Origin: a virus
Taxonomy: Duplodnaviria; Caudoviricetes
Virus record (IMG/VR): IMGVR_UViG_3300046055_000089
Location: 1 to 41,134 of that record
Length of the DNA stretch: 41,134 nucleotides
Strand: one strand, 5' to 3'
Shown: piece after piece, positions 15,790-25,698 of the stretch
Position numbering within the stretch: position 1 is the stretch's first letter
Layout: every line of letters begins with the position of its first letter
The notes under the pieces: generated by a model
Told to the model about the DNA's origin: nothing
The model's database searches: none
The model's input: only the letters and a program-made list of their open reading frames with translations
Translations under genes and position numbers: made by a program

Positions 15790-17181
15790 TTAGGCCACCG
15801 TGACGTTCACTGCGCCGGGCTCGGCCTTCTCGCGCTGGCCGGCCGTGATGTCGTCGGGAACCTCGTAGTCGACGTCGAAGTCCTCGCCGTCGTCAGGCGT
15901 ACCCCCGCCGACCGACCAGTCGATCGCGTCCTGGTCGCCGTCGCCGGAGTTGTCGACCTCGTCGTAGTCGGTGCCGTTGACGTAGGTGTCGCCGCTCGCG
16001 TCCTTGACATTCGCGACGGAGTCCGCGACGATCGGCGCCTTGTCGAGCGAGTAGATCGACGTCCCGGTCTGGTAGGTGTGGGTCTCGTCGACGATCGTGA
16101 CCGTCAGCGAGTCGATGCCCTCGATGTCGGCGTCGGCGGTGATCGTCTTCGCGATGAGCTGGTCGCGGACGACGTCTTCGCCGATGCCAAGCTCGGTCAG
16201 GTAGTCGTTCAGGTCAGCTTCGACCCCGGCGGCGTCGACGTCCGTCCCGGTGACGGTGACGTCGAGGTCGATGGTGACCTGGGTCGGCCGGACGAGGTTG
16301 TGCGTGATGGCGACGGGCCGGTACGTGTCGATCGCGTCCTGGGCGTCGGTGTCGGTGGGGCCGCCGTCGATGATTACGTCGGCGTACGGCGGTGACTGCG
16401 AGGGGAACTCGTCGACGATGACGTCGCCGTAGTCGAGGCCGGCGAACTCGGCGACGATGGCGCCCTCGAGGCCCCCCTTCGTCCCGCCGCCGGACGTCGC
16501 GACCAGCGCGTTCTTCGCGCGGGCCCGCAGGTCGGCGTTCGACTCCTCGTTCTCGCCGCCGGTCGTCGCCTGGGCGTTCGTCACCGGCGGGTCGCCCTCG
16601 ACACCGGGCGGCGGCGAGGGGATGTACGTGACCGTCCCGCTGCCGACGTTGTACTCGGTGCCGCGGTTGATCGCCTGGATCGAGGCGTCGACCGACGTCG
16701 AGCCGTCCGCGGAGGTGACCTCCTCGGTGGTCTCGAACGCGAGGTAGTCGCCGTCAGCATCGGGTTGCGTCCCGACGACGGTGCCCTTCGGGATGGTCAC
16801 CTTCGACGTCTTCGTCGAGAACGTGACCGTCCCGGTCGCGAACGACCCCGGGTCGCGGAAGACGCTGTTGCGCTTCGCGAGCTCGTCCAGGTCGTCGTCG
16901 CTCTGGAAGTCGTTGAGGAGGCCGAGGCCGACCTTGGCCGGGTCGAGGCCGAGGTCCTCGAGGTCCTCCTCGGTGATGGTCTTGCCCGCGTAGTCGATCC
17001 GCGCGGACAGCTGTACGCTCAGGGCTTCGTGCTGGCGTTCCCGCATCTCCGCCGCGAAGCCGTCGTCGGTGATCGCCTTCTCGGGCGAGTTCGGGCTGAA
17101 GTTCGTGATCTCGCTCGCCGAGGCGATGGCCGACTTGATGCGGTCGTAGATCGTGGATTGGTCGTCTGGTTGTAGCGTCAT
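15790..17181 (-). CDS. Baseplate J-like protein
   Basis: ATGTVTF..IPKGTVV...GTEYNV...VTNAQATTGGENEESNADLRAR; start reassigned to MTLQPDD at 17181. Confidence 0.9.
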   Translation of the reverse strand: MTLQPDDQSTIYDRIKSAIASASEITNFSPNSPEKAITDDGFAAEMRERQHEALSVQLSARIDYAGKTITEEDLEDLGLDPAKVGLGLLNDFQSDDDLDELAKRNSVFRDPGSFATGTVTFSTKTSKVTIPKGTVVGTQPDADGDYLAFETTEEVTSADGSTSVDASIQAINRGTEYNVGSGTVTYIPSPPPGVEGDPPVTNAQATTGGENEESNADLRARAKNALVATSGGGTKGGLEGAIVAEFAGLDYGDVIVDEFPSQSPPYADVIIDGGPTDTDAQDAIDTYRPVAITHNLVRPTQVTIDLDVTVTGTDVDAAGVEADLNDYLTELGIGEDVVRDQLIAKTITADADIEGIDSLTVTIVDETHTYQTGTSIYSLDKAPIVADSVANVKDASGDTYVNGTDYDEVDNSGDGDQDAIDWSVGGGTPDDGEDFDVDYEVPDDITAGQREKAEPGAVNVTVA

Positions 17182-17227
17182 GGTCGGTGTCGTCTCGGTC
17201 GCGACTCGCCCTCGAGGGCGCGCGTCG

Positions 17228-17587
17228 CTACAGGGGGAGAACGTACTCGCCGCGCTCGCCGGTGTTCGCGATGACCGTGATGGCGACCTCGACGGTCGCA
17301 TCAGCGCTGTCCGGCTCGCGAACGTCGATCGGTGGGACGATGCGGCGGACGCGGCCGTCGCGGCGCGCAACTCGGCGCATCGCGATCTTTACCTCTTCGG
17401 CGAGGTCGGGCGTCAGCGGCTGGCCGCGCTTCTCGTCGAGCTCCTGGATGGTGCCCCACGCGAGGTCGCGGCCGAGTACGTCGTAGCCGTCGACGACGCC
17501 GATCGAGCCTGCGCGGACGTCGAAGTCCCACAGGTTTCCGAAGGCGACGCCGCGACCGAGTGCTTCTTCGGCAGTGAGTTCAGGCAT
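17228..17587 (-). CDS. Baseplate wedge/sheath initiator (gp25/gpW-like)
   Basis: Size, position between spike and J, and RDGRVRRI motif. Confidence 0.65.
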   Translation of the reverse strand: MPELTAEEALGRGVAFGNLWDFDVRAGSIGVVDGYDVLGRDLAWGTIQELDEKRGQPLTPDLAEEVKIAMRRVARRDGRVRRIVPPIDVREPDSADATVEVAITVIANTGERGEYVLPL

Positions 17588-17607
17588 GGCTGGTCAGGTG
17601 GTGGTCG

Positions 17608-18207
17608 TCAGGTCGATTCGACGTCGCTCGATCCGCTCGTGATGGTCCCGATCTGGGTGCCGGTGTCGTCCTCGACCGGGTCGCCGACGCGGGCGATCTT
17701 CTTCAGCGTCCCGTTCGGGTCGCCGAGGCGGATCGTCCCGTCGCTCGTGACCTCGACGAGGACGTCGGGCGTGCCGCCGTCGGTCGGCGTCTTCGCGAGC
17801 CGGGCGTGGGAGCCGTCGCCGGCGAGGTCGACCTCGAGGTCGCCCCGGCGGGCGCGGATGTCTCCGACGTCGCCGACCGGCGCACGGTCGCCTGGGGCGT
17901 CGGCGTAGAACACCTTCGTCACCAGCGGCCGTTCGCCGTCACCGGCCTGGTACTGGACGAGCACCTTGTCGCCCTCCCGGGGGACGGCGACCATCCCGCC
18001 GGCGGGGACGCCGACGGGGACGCGGTGGTGCTCGCGGATCGGGTTGTTCCCCGGCGGGATCTGGACGTCGACCTCGTGGTTCGAGACGTCGTCGTTCGAC
18101 GTGTGCGTCGTCACCGACGTTACCTCGCCGATCTGCGGGAGATTGATCTCGTCGCGAACGATCGAGAGGATGCGAGCGCGTTCGGTGTCTTCGAATTGTT
18201 CTGTCAT
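17608..18207 (-). CDS. Baseplate spike (gpV-like OB fold)
   Basis: GEVTSV...VPVGVPAGGMVAVPREGDKVLVQYQAGDGERP and C-terminal IARVGDPV...ITSGS. Confidence 0.8.
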   Translation of the reverse strand: MTEQFEDTERARILSIVRDEINLPQIGEVTSVTTHTSNDDVSNHEVDVQIPPGNNPIREHHRVPVGVPAGGMVAVPREGDKVLVQYQAGDGERPLVTKVFYADAPGDRAPVGDVGDIRARRGDLEVDLAGDGSHARLAKTPTDGGTPDVLVEVTSDGTIRLGDPNGTLKKIARVGDPVEDDTGTQIGTITSGSSDVEST

Positions 18208-18216
18208 GGTCGAGTG

Positions 18217-19200
18217 TCAGGGGGAGATGAGGCCGCCGAGGTCGAGGCGCGTGACGAAGCCGTTCCGGTCGTCGATGGTGTGCTCGACCGAGGAGACCAG
18301 GTACGTCTCGCCGCCGAGGTCCGGCGGCAGCTGGACGTCGTCGAACGGCCGGATCCCCTCGCGGCCGACGATCTCGACCCAGCCGGCCTTCTGCTGGGCC
18401 TCGAGGCGCTTCTTCAGCGCCTTCGCGACGTTCTCGGCCTGCTGCTGGGACTGGATGTCGTTGTCGCGGAACTCGAACACCGGCGAGCCCGTGCCGGCGG
18501 TCGCGATGATCGGCTGGCTCGAGAGTAGGTAGCGGTAGCCGAGCCCGCGCCGTGAGACCGCCGAGGAGCCGACGACGCGCACCGACTGGTACGCGGGCGT
18601 CCGTTTGCCCGGGGAGGCGTCGCGGATGTATCGGAGCTCGTGGGTGTCGGTCTCGCCGGCGATCTCGTCGGTGACGACGACCACGTTCTCGGCGGTCGTC
18701 CACCACGCGGCGTCGCCCCAGCGTGCGACCTTCTTCAGGACCTTGTCGCAGCGGAGGCCGTCGAACTCCGGGGAGACCCGGATGGTCGGTAGGTCGATCG
18801 CGCCGGTGACGCCGGCCTCGGCGAGCGCGTCCTGGGTGATCGTTTCGATCGAGGCGCGGTCGTAGGAGGCGGTCAGCGTGTTCCGCTTCAGGTCCGCGAC
18901 GGCGTCGTACGCCTCGATGCGGACCCGGTCGCTGATGCCCTCCTTCGAGTTCCGGATGGTGCCGGTGAAGATCGTCGTGTCGCGGACGTCGACCTGGACG
19001 GGCACCGACTCGGGGATCTCGACGTCGGAGAGTACCGTGGCCGCGAGCTTCCCGGCGGTGTTGTACCGGTCGGAGACGTACTGCAGGCCGGTCTCCGTGT
19101 CGGTGTTGCCGCCGGTGCCGCTCGAGCCGCCGGAGACGATGCGGTAGCGCTCGCCCTGGACGTCGACGTGGCCGTGGATGGGCTCGGTCGCCAGGGGCAT
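18217..19200 (-). CDS. Baseplate hub (P2 gpD/Mu gp44-like)
   Basis: IFTGTI..VRIEAYD..L...YLVSSVEHTIDDRNGFVTRLDL. Confidence 0.8.
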   Translation of the reverse strand: MPLATEPIHGHVDVQGERYRIVSGGSSGTGGNTDTETGLQYVSDRYNTAGKLAATVLSDVEIPESVPVQVDVRDTTIFTGTIRNSKEGISDRVRIEAYDAVADLKRNTLTASYDRASIETITQDALAEAGVTGAIDLPTIRVSPEFDGLRCDKVLKKVARWGDAAWWTTAENVVVVTDEIAGETDTHELRYIRDASPGKRTPAYQSVRVVGSSAVSRRGLGYRYLLSSQPIIATAGTGSPVFEFRDNDIQSQQQAENVAKALKKRLEAQQKAGWVEIVGREGIRPFDDVQLPPDLGGETYLVSSVEHTIDDRNGFVTRLDLGGLISP

Positions 19201-19203
19201 CGG

Positions 19204-19578
19204 TCAGACCACCTCGGTCAGCGAGACGGTGTACGTGTACCGCCAGCCGGTCTCGTCCTCGACGCTGGCCGGGTTCGTCGAGACGTCGTCGACGTAGACG
19301 TCGCCGGAGTGCCGCGAGTGGCGTAGCTCGACGACGTCGCCGGTCATGTTGTCGAGCGCGTCGGCGGTGTCCTTGTAGCAGGTGCCGCGGAGGGTCCAGT
19401 CGCGGGCCTTCCGGCCCATCGGCTGGATGACCGTCGCGGCGTCGTCGTTCTCGTCGATCGGTACGACCTCGTGCTTCACCGCCTTCCCCGCGCCCGAGCT
19501 GTCCAGTTGGGGATGCTCGAAGGCGAACTCGATGTCGCCGAGGCGCGCGGTCGCGCGGTCGTCGTTGCTGATGCTCAT
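19204..19578 (-). CDS. Tail tube initiator (P2 gpU-like)
   Basis: ARLGDIEF...VKHEVV...QPMGRKARDWTLRG...YTVSLTEV; immediately after the tape measure gene. Confidence 0.7.
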   Translation of the reverse strand: MSISNDDRATARLGDIEFAFEHPQLDSSGAGKAVKHEVVPIDENDDAATVIQPMGRKARDWTLRGTCYKDTADALDNMTGDVVELRHSRHSGDVYVDDVSTNPASVEDETGWRYTYTVSLTEVV

Positions 19579-19581
19579 CGG

Positions 19582-21369
19582 TTAGAAGCTCTGGGCGTCC
19601 TCGCGCTGGCGGGACTCCCGATTGGCCTTCCGCACCGCCTCGGTGACGGTGCGCTCGACCTGGCTCTGGGAGGCCCCGCCGAAGTCGGCGCCGGAGAAGT
19701 CGTAGACGTTCTTCGCCTCGTTCTTCGTCTGCTCGGTCTTCTTCTGCTCCGGGGTCTCGCCGCCCTCGTCGCCGCCGCCCGCCTTGATCGCGTCGAGCTC
19801 GATCGTCTCCTGGATGTTCCCGAAGTCAATGTTCACCCCGGGGATGGCGTTGACCACCTTCATCGCCCAGTCCATCAGCGACTGGAGCGCGGAGACGGCG
19901 GTGTCGACCCAGCCCATAACGGCGGAGACGACGTCGTTCACGAGGCCGGAGAACCACCGGAACATCTCGCCGGCCCACTCGACGATGGTGCCGAGGTTGT
20001 TCACCGTCCAGATCAGGATGCCGAGCGGCCCCAGGACGAGCGCGATCGGGCCGAGGATGTCGCCGATCGCCGTGATCATCGCGTACGTCACCTCGATAGC
20101 GAACTCAACGATCTCGACGAGGCCGTTCCAGACCCCGGTGATGACGCCGATGATGTCGCCCCAGAGGCCGAAGTACGTGATGACGCCGGCGATGGCACCG
20201 ACTAGGGCACCGATGACAAGGGCGGTCCCCGAGATCGGCGCGGTCAGGACGCCGAGGGCCGCGATGAGCCCCTGGGTCGCGAGCGTCGCGGCGAACGCGC
20301 TCGAGGTGTAGAGCGAGTACGCGCCGGCGGCCACGGCGGCCGCGCCCGCTGCGGCGAGGAGTGGCTTCGGGATGCCGGCGAGCAGGTTCGCCGTCCACGC
20401 CAGGGCGTTCAGCAGCACGGACAGCGGCGGCAGGACGACCTCGAGGACGGACGTCCCGAAGCGCCCGACCGCCGCTGCGGCGCCGATGGCGCTCCCGGTG
20501 ACGTTGCCCAGCTCGGGCTGGAGCGCGACCGCCTGCTGGCGGAACCACGCGATCGCCGCCGGGATGTCCCGGATCGCGTCGGCGAACCCTTCGAGGGTCG
20601 GCCGGAGCTCCTGGATCGTCGTGTCGAGCTCGTCGAAGATCGCGGGCGCGGTCTCGATCACCGATGCCCCGAACGTCGAGCCGAGGGCCTTCAGCGAGTC
20701 CTGCATCTGCGCGATGCCCTCCGCGGCGGCGTGCGAGAGCTCGACGATGCCCTCGAGGCCGGCCATCGCGAACTCGGTGTTGGCCGCCGTCTTCAGCGGC
20801 GCGAACGCCTCGCTGATGGCCGCCTTCACGTCGCCGAAGATGGCCTCCATCGCCTCGCTCGAGTCCTTGAACTCCGAGGAGGCGGCGGCCATCTGCTCGG
20901 CCTGCCGCTGGAGCCCGGCGCCGGCGATCGCCGCGATGCCGCCCGCTGCGGCGCCGCCCGCTGCGGCGACCCCGCCGAGTGCTCCTGAGAGGGAGACGAG
21001 CGGCGGGACGATGCCGGCGGCGAGCGGTCCGATCGTCCGGAGGCCACCCCGGAGCGGACCGAGGCTGCCGGCGAGGCCGACCGACGAGCGGGCGACGTCG
21101 TTCATCTGGGAGTCGAGCGCCTGCATCTCGGCGGCGGACTGCAGGGCTTCGTCGCCGACCTCGTCGACGGCGTTCTTCGCGGTGTTCGTCGCGAACGCCA
21201 TCTGCAGTGCGTCGTCGTCGACGGCGTCCAGGGCTTCGCCGAACGCGCCGAACTCGACCCCGGACTCCGCGGCGGCGTCGCCGGCGCTGTCCGCGGCCAT
21301 GCCTATACCTCTAAGCGATTTGGTGATTGTCTCGCTCGCAAGGAGCGAGACGTTGAGTGCCTCGAACAT
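19582..21369 (-). CDS. Tape measure protein
   Basis: 595-aa Ala/Gly-rich helical protein with hydrophobic segments and periodic Trp/Phe; follows the chaperone gene. Confidence 0.88.
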   Translation of the reverse strand: MFEALNVSLLASETITKSLRGIGMAADSAGDAAAESGVEFGAFGEALDAVDDDALQMAFATNTAKNAVDEVGDEALQSAAEMQALDSQMNDVARSSVGLAGSLGPLRGGLRTIGPLAAGIVPPLVSLSGALGGVAAAGGAAAGGIAAIAGAGLQRQAEQMAAASSEFKDSSEAMEAIFGDVKAAISEAFAPLKTAANTEFAMAGLEGIVELSHAAAEGIAQMQDSLKALGSTFGASVIETAPAIFDELDTTIQELRPTLEGFADAIRDIPAAIAWFRQQAVALQPELGNVTGSAIGAAAAVGRFGTSVLEVVLPPLSVLLNALAWTANLLAGIPKPLLAAAGAAAVAAGAYSLYTSSAFAATLATQGLIAALGVLTAPISGTALVIGALVGAIAGVITYFGLWGDIIGVITGVWNGLVEIVEFAIEVTYAMITAIGDILGPIALVLGPLGILIWTVNNLGTIVEWAGEMFRWFSGLVNDVVSAVMGWVDTAVSALQSLMDWAMKVVNAIPGVNIDFGNIQETIELDAIKAGGGDEGGETPEQKKTEQTKNEAKNVYDFSGADFGGASQSQVERTVTEAVRKANRESRQREDAQSF

Positions 21370-21372
21370 GGG

Positions 21373-21528
21373 TTAAGAATCTGGGTTCTGCCGGCGCCGC
21401 CGTTCGGCACGCGCGGCGTTCATGAAGACGTACTGCGGGACAGTCAGGTCGCCAGCGCCGCCGACGCCCTTCAGGCCGAACGTCTCGACGTCCTCGAGGA
21501 GCGCCTGGCCTTCGTCACTCCGTGCGAA
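21373..21528 (-). CDS. +1 frameshift extension of the tail assembly chaperone (gpGT-like)
   Basis: Open +1 frame FARSDEGQALLEDVETFGLKG...QNPDS starts at TTT CGC (21529-21524), has no suitably placed start of its own and ends 3 nt before the TMP ATG. Confidence 0.8.
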   Translation of the reverse strand, partial: FARSDEGQALLEDVETFGLKGVGGAGDLTVPQYVFMNAARAERRRRQNPDS

Positions 21529-21979
21529 AGCCCTCGACCCCCTCGGTCTCGTTGCTGATCGCGAGGATGAGGAACGACGTCGCGAAGAACTGCTTGTCCG
21601 GCCACACCTCCAGGAGGTCGCGCGTCTCGCGGTCAGTGATCTGGGCGTGGCCGAGGGCCTCGACGATGAGGTCCTCCATCTCCTCGACCGCTTCCTTCGT
21701 CAGCTTCGTGTCGGTCGGCGCGTCGTCGGGCTCGGCCGCGCTGATGTCGTCGAGCGACGAGATGTCGGCGGTGTCGATCTGCGAGCGGGTGTCGTCCGCC
21801 TTCGACTGCATGTACTCGACGAGCTCGTCGGGCAGGGACTCGATGAACTCGTGGCGCCGCGTCCGCGGCACCCGATGCATCTCGTACTCGATCGTCCCGT
21901 GCATCGTCTCGACGATGTACGGTTTGCCGCCCGATTCCTCTTCCAGTACCTTGTTCAGGACCTCGACGTCGTCGGTCAT
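21515..21979 (-). CDS. Tail assembly chaperone (gpG-like)
   Basis: Between tube and tape measure genes; ends EGF-R at a TTT-CGC slippery site. Confidence 0.8.
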   Translation of the reverse strand: MTDDVEVLNKVLEEESGGKPYIVETMHGTIEYEMHRVPRTRRHEFIESLPDELVEYMQSKADDTRSQIDTADISSLDDISAAEPDDAPTDTKLTKEAVEEMEDLIVEALGHAQITDRETRDLLEVWPDKQFFATSFLILAISNETEGVEGFRTE

Positions 21980-22013
21980 GTGTAGATCTCTCTCGTGGTG
22001 TTACCGCGGTCGG

Positions 22014-22391
22014 TTAGAACGGGACCAGCCGCTCGCCGGTCCAGCTGATGCTCACGTTCGACTTCCCGTCGGGGTGGGACTTCTCGATCGACTCGATGAG
22101 CACGCCCATGATGCGGTAGCCGCCCCCGACATCGGTTTCCCGGAAGATGAGGCGGTGCTTGTCGCCGCCCGCCTCGATCAGCTTCCGTTCGAGTTGTTTC
22201 TTCGTGCCGTCGTACTCGAGGTCACCCTCGGGGTAGCGCGACGTCACGCCGCGGTCGGGGTGCTTCGAGTCGTCGAAGTTCGATTCTGCCGTCTCCTGCG
22301 TCCACGTCCAGCCCTTGTCGGTGACGGGGACGACCTCCCCGTCGATGACGAGGTCGACGTCGTCGCCGGTCTGGTTTCGGTTTTCACTCAT
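22014..22391 (-). CDS. Tail tube protein
   Basis: 125-aa beta-rich protein directly after the sheath gene. Confidence 0.75.
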   Translation of the reverse strand: MSENRNQTGDDVDLVIDGEVVPVTDKGWTWTQETAESNFDDSKHPDRGVTSRYPEGDLEYDGTKKQLERKLIEAGGDKHRLIFRETDVGGGYRIMGVLIESIEKSHPDGKSNVSISWTGERLVPF

Positions 22392-22400
22392 GGTCTACTG

Positions 22401-23762
22401 TTACGCGATGGTGATGGTCGCCTCGAACGTCTCGACGGCCTGGATGGGCGTGACGCCCATCTCGAGCGCGACGGTGCCCTGGTCGGTGTCCGCCTCGCGG
22501 ACGTACAGGTTCGTCTCGTCGGACGTGTTCTGCTTCAGGAGGCCGTCGTTCGCGAGCTCCTCGAGTTGCGCCTGGGCCTCCTCGGCGGCGATCTCGCCGG
22601 TGCCCTCGTTGTCGAGCTGGCCGCGGATCGCCTGGCCGATCTCCCGGACGATCAGGGCGCACCGGTCGATGACGCGCAGCGTCTGGAAGTCGACCTCCCA
22701 GAGCTCGGTCTCGTCGGTCGAGAGCGTGCCGTCGACGGTGATCGACCCCTCGTACTTGAGGGGCATGACGTGGGCGTCGCGGAGGTTCGATCGGTCGGCG
22801 TGGGTGAGCCGGCCCTCGTCGTTCTTCCCGACCTCAAGGTCGACGCCGGTGATCGGCTTGTTGTAGATCGGGTTCTGGAGCGAGTTGCCCGCGCCGAGCC
22901 CGCCGATCGCGCCGAGGACTGTGTCGGTCGAGTCGTCCTGGCGCGCCGGCGCGACCGCGAACCCGGCGAGCGAGGCGAGCGCGTCGCTGTAGTTCGCGGT
23001 GTCGAAGATGGGCGTCGGCGGCGTCTCGCTCGAGTCCTCGTTCGGCTGGGCGCCGGCGAACGCCTTAACCATCTTGTAGTCGGGGTCGCGCAGCGCCATC
23101 GCCTTCGAGAACAGCGTCGAGGCGACGTCCTCGGACTCGGTGAGCGCGACGTAGACGCCCGACTCGCCTTCGTTCAGCACCATGTCAGCGCTGTCGAAGC
23201 CGGTCGACCAGTCGCGGTACTTGTAGTCGATGTTGTAGTTGTCGGCGGTGTCGGCGACCCACTCCCCCGTGAACGGGTTGATGAAGATCGTGTCCGCGCC
23301 GGGCGAGAGGTTCGTGAGGTCGGTCCCCGTGACGTAGTGGAACTCGACGTCGAGGGCGTTCGCCTGGTCGTCCTCGACGGTGATCTCGGCGGTGTCCTCG
23401 ACGATCGGGACGTTCCCGATGGCCGAGCCCGCGTCGGAGTCCGCGGCGTCGCCGCCGGCGGTGATGTCCTCGGCGGTGACGGACTGCGTCGCGATGCCGA
23501 CGCCGTAGAGGTAGCCGGTGTTCGCGCCGTTGCCGATGGCGTCCTGGAGTGCGCGGGTGAGCTCGGAGTCGTCGCCGAACTGCGTCTCGGCGTCGCCCGT
23601 CGACGTCACCTGCGTCGGGTCGTTCGTATTTGCGTTGCCGTTCGTCGTGTCGCCCTTCCCGAAGATGACGAGTTTCTCTTCCTCGCCGACCTCGATGCCT
23701 TGGATCGATCCGGCCTCGAGGATGACCTTCGTTCCGGGCGTCGCGTCGTAGGTTACGGTCAT
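22401..23762 (-). CDS. Contractile tail sheath protein
   Basis: PGTKV, PTQVTS..DAETQFG..SEL, QTLRVID, VTPIQAVETFEATITI motifs. Confidence 0.88.
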   Translation of the reverse strand: MTVTYDATPGTKVILEAGSIQGIEVGEEEKLVIFGKGDTTNGNANTNDPTQVTSTGDAETQFGDDSELTRALQDAIGNGANTGYLYGVGIATQSVTAEDITAGGDAADSDAGSAIGNVPIVEDTAEITVEDDQANALDVEFHYVTGTDLTNLSPGADTIFINPFTGEWVADTADNYNIDYKYRDWSTGFDSADMVLNEGESGVYVALTESEDVASTLFSKAMALRDPDYKMVKAFAGAQPNEDSSETPPTPIFDTANYSDALASLAGFAVAPARQDDSTDTVLGAIGGLGAGNSLQNPIYNKPITGVDLEVGKNDEGRLTHADRSNLRDAHVMPLKYEGSITVDGTLSTDETELWEVDFQTLRVIDRCALIVREIGQAIRGQLDNEGTGEIAAEEAQAQLEELANDGLLKQNTSDETNLYVREADTDQGTVALEMGVTPIQAVETFEATITIA

Positions 23763-23801
23763 GTGTCGTGTTGGTGGTAGTTAGCGGTCGGTGCGTCTCG
23801 G

Positions 23802-24410
23802 TCAGTAGTTCCAGACGAGGTCCGCGTCCGCGGTGTCGTCGGTTGTCATCTCGCTGACCGACGGGGTCGCGGTCGTCGTGATCGTGGCGCCGGACTCGTC
23901 GACGACGCGCTCGTCGTAGAAGCGCACGGCGAGCTCCTGCCGCCACCGGCGGAGGCCGGGGCCTGCGAGGTCGTCGTCGCGCTCGCCGTCGCCGACGGTG
24001 AACGACTCGATCTCGTCGACGGTGCCGCCATCGCCGTCTGGGAACGGGCCGGCCGTCTGCTGGCTGTCGTGCGCGAGCAGCGCGGACTGAAAGTTACCCC
24101 CGAGCGTGCTCGCGTCGAGCTGGGTGTTCCCGGCGGCGACGACGATCGTCGCCTGGACCTGCATCTCCCACGACGCGCGGAAGATGCGGCCGGTGCGGTT
24201 GCCGTCCGCGTCGGTGGTGAAGCCGACTCGGTCGCTGTCCCACTCGGTCGCGCGGACCTGGCCGATGGGCTGGAGCGAGACGAACGGCTGCTCGAGGCGG
24301 TTGTCCTCGCCGCTGAGGTCCGCCTCGTGGGTGATGTAGTCGCCGCCGTCGAACTCCTGGGAGTTCTGCAGCGCGCGGACGATCGCCTGGAGAACGTCTT
24401 CTGGTGTCAT
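23802..24410 (-). CDS. Tail terminator/completion protein
   Basis: Position between the gp10-like gene and the sheath gene; size. Confidence 0.55.
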   Translation of the reverse strand: MTPEDVLQAIVRALQNSQEFDGGDYITHEADLSGEDNRLEQPFVSLQPIGQVRATEWDSDRVGFTTDADGNRTGRIFRASWEMQVQATIVVAAGNTQLDASTLGGNFQSALLAHDSQQTAGPFPDGDGGTVDEIESFTVGDGERDDDLAGPGLRRWRQELAVRFYDERVVDESGATITTTATPSVSEMTTDDTADADLVWNY

Positions 24411-24426
24411 GGTCGGTGGACGTCGG

Positions 24427-24903
24427 TCAGCGGAAGACGGCCTCGAAGACGCGCTGGATCTCCCGCTCGATGTTTCGCGCCAGCGTCGACTGGTGCTCGC
24501 GCAGCGCCGGACGCAGGTACGGCTGCGCCCGCGTCCCTGGGTGGTTGACGGACCACTTCGAGACCCACTGGCCGTCGACCTGGAAGCGAAGCGGCTCGTC
24601 GCCGTTCGCCGTGATCGTGTGCGCCGACGTCCCGTACTCGACGTCGGGGCCGTACTCGACGGGCGTCCCGACGAGGTAGTGGCCGAGGCCGACTTGGCCG
24701 TAGCCGATCGACGCCCGGAGGTTCCCGGTGTCGATCGCGCCGTGGGTCTTCAGGTTCTGCTTCGCCGACCGCTCGACGGCCTTCGCGGTGTCTTCGGCCG
24801 CGGAGTCCAGCGCCGGGTCGATCAGCGCGGCGGCGTCGGTTACCGCCCATTGGATCTTCCGGATCTGCGCTTCGAGCTCGTCGAAGCCGTCGAAGGTCAC
24901 CAT
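24427..24903 (-). CDS. HK97 gp10-family neck/tail component
   Basis: GFDEL, AIDTGNLRASI, VEYGPDVEYGT, HPGTRAQPYLRPAL. Confidence 0.85.
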   Translation of the reverse strand: MVTFDGFDELEAQIRKIQWAVTDAAALIDPALDSAAEDTAKAVERSAKQNLKTHGAIDTGNLRASIGYGQVGLGHYLVGTPVEYGPDVEYGTSAHTITANGDEPLRFQVDGQWVSKWSVNHPGTRAQPYLRPALREHQSTLARNIEREIQRVFEAVFR

Positions 24904-24905
24904 GG

Positions 24906-25316
24906 TTAGACGTCGGGGACGAAGAAGGACGACTCGACGAGGTCGTCGTCATCGCTCCCCGCTTCGGAGGTGCGGATCGACGCGATCGTCGAGTTGTAGA
25001 TGTTCTCGAGTTCCTTCGCGAACTCCATCGCGTCCGACATCGACCCCTCGACCATCTGGCCGCTGAGTGCGTCGGTCGGCGAATCGCCGCCGGCGAACAG
25101 CAGGTACGACGCCCAGGCGGTCGCCGCCTTTCGGTGGAGCGTGGTCGGGTCGGCGAGTGCCTCCCCGAGGTTGACGTCCGCCTCGAGCTTCGCCTCGGCC
25201 ATCTCCGCGGCCTCCAGCTTCTGCTCGGTGCTGAACGCGTCCGGCCCGGTGAGCGGGATCTCCTCCAGGCCGTCGATGTACTGCAGGTCGGACTCGTCGG
25301 CGTAGTCGGTAGCCAT
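24906..25316 (-). CDS. Head-tail adaptor (putative)
   Basis: Helical acidic protein in the neck position. Confidence 0.6.
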   Translation of the reverse strand: MATDYADESDLQYIDGLEEIPLTGPDAFSTEQKLEAAEMAEAKLEADVNLGEALADPTTLHRKAATAWASYLLFAGGDSPTDALSGQMVEGSMSDAMEFAKELENIYNSTIASIRTSEAGSDDDDLVESSFFVPDV

Positions 25317-25330
25317 CCTCGGCTACCTCG

Positions 25331-25696
25331 TCAGCTGTCCGCCGGTTCGCCCCGCACGTCGATCTCGACCGGCGTGTTTGCCGGGACGACGACGTGGTAG
25401 CTCCCGCCGAACTGGACGTCGACGGGCGTGGGCGCTCGGGCGTGGATGAGACCGCTCGCGACGACCTCGCCGTTCTGCCGGACGGTGAACGTCCGCTGGA
25501 AGCGGCCGTCGGCGGGCTCGACGTCCTCGATGTCCGTCTCGTAGCCGGCGATCGAGACATCGGCGTAGTCGTCCATCGACTCGACGTCGAGTTCGTTGTC
25601 GCCCACCGTCAGCGTCAGGTGGGGGTCGTCGATCTCGTCGTCGTGGAAGATGTCGGCGACCGTCGTCCCGCCGACCTCGACGGTGTCGCGGGTCAT
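25331..25696 (-). CDS. Hypothetical virion protein
   Basis: Acidic ORF in the head-neck operon. Confidence 0.6.
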   Translation of the reverse strand: MTRDTVEVGGTTVADIFHDDEIDDPHLTLTVGDNELDVESMDDYADVSIAGYETDIEDVEPADGRFQRTFTVRQNGEVVASGLIHARAPTPVDVQFGGSYHVVVPANTPVEIDVRGEPADS

Positions 25697-25698
25697 CG

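Noticed and set aside
12165-24410. Stand-alone contractile injection system/tailocin
   Set aside because: Co-transcribed head, packaging and replication genes show it is a virus tail module.
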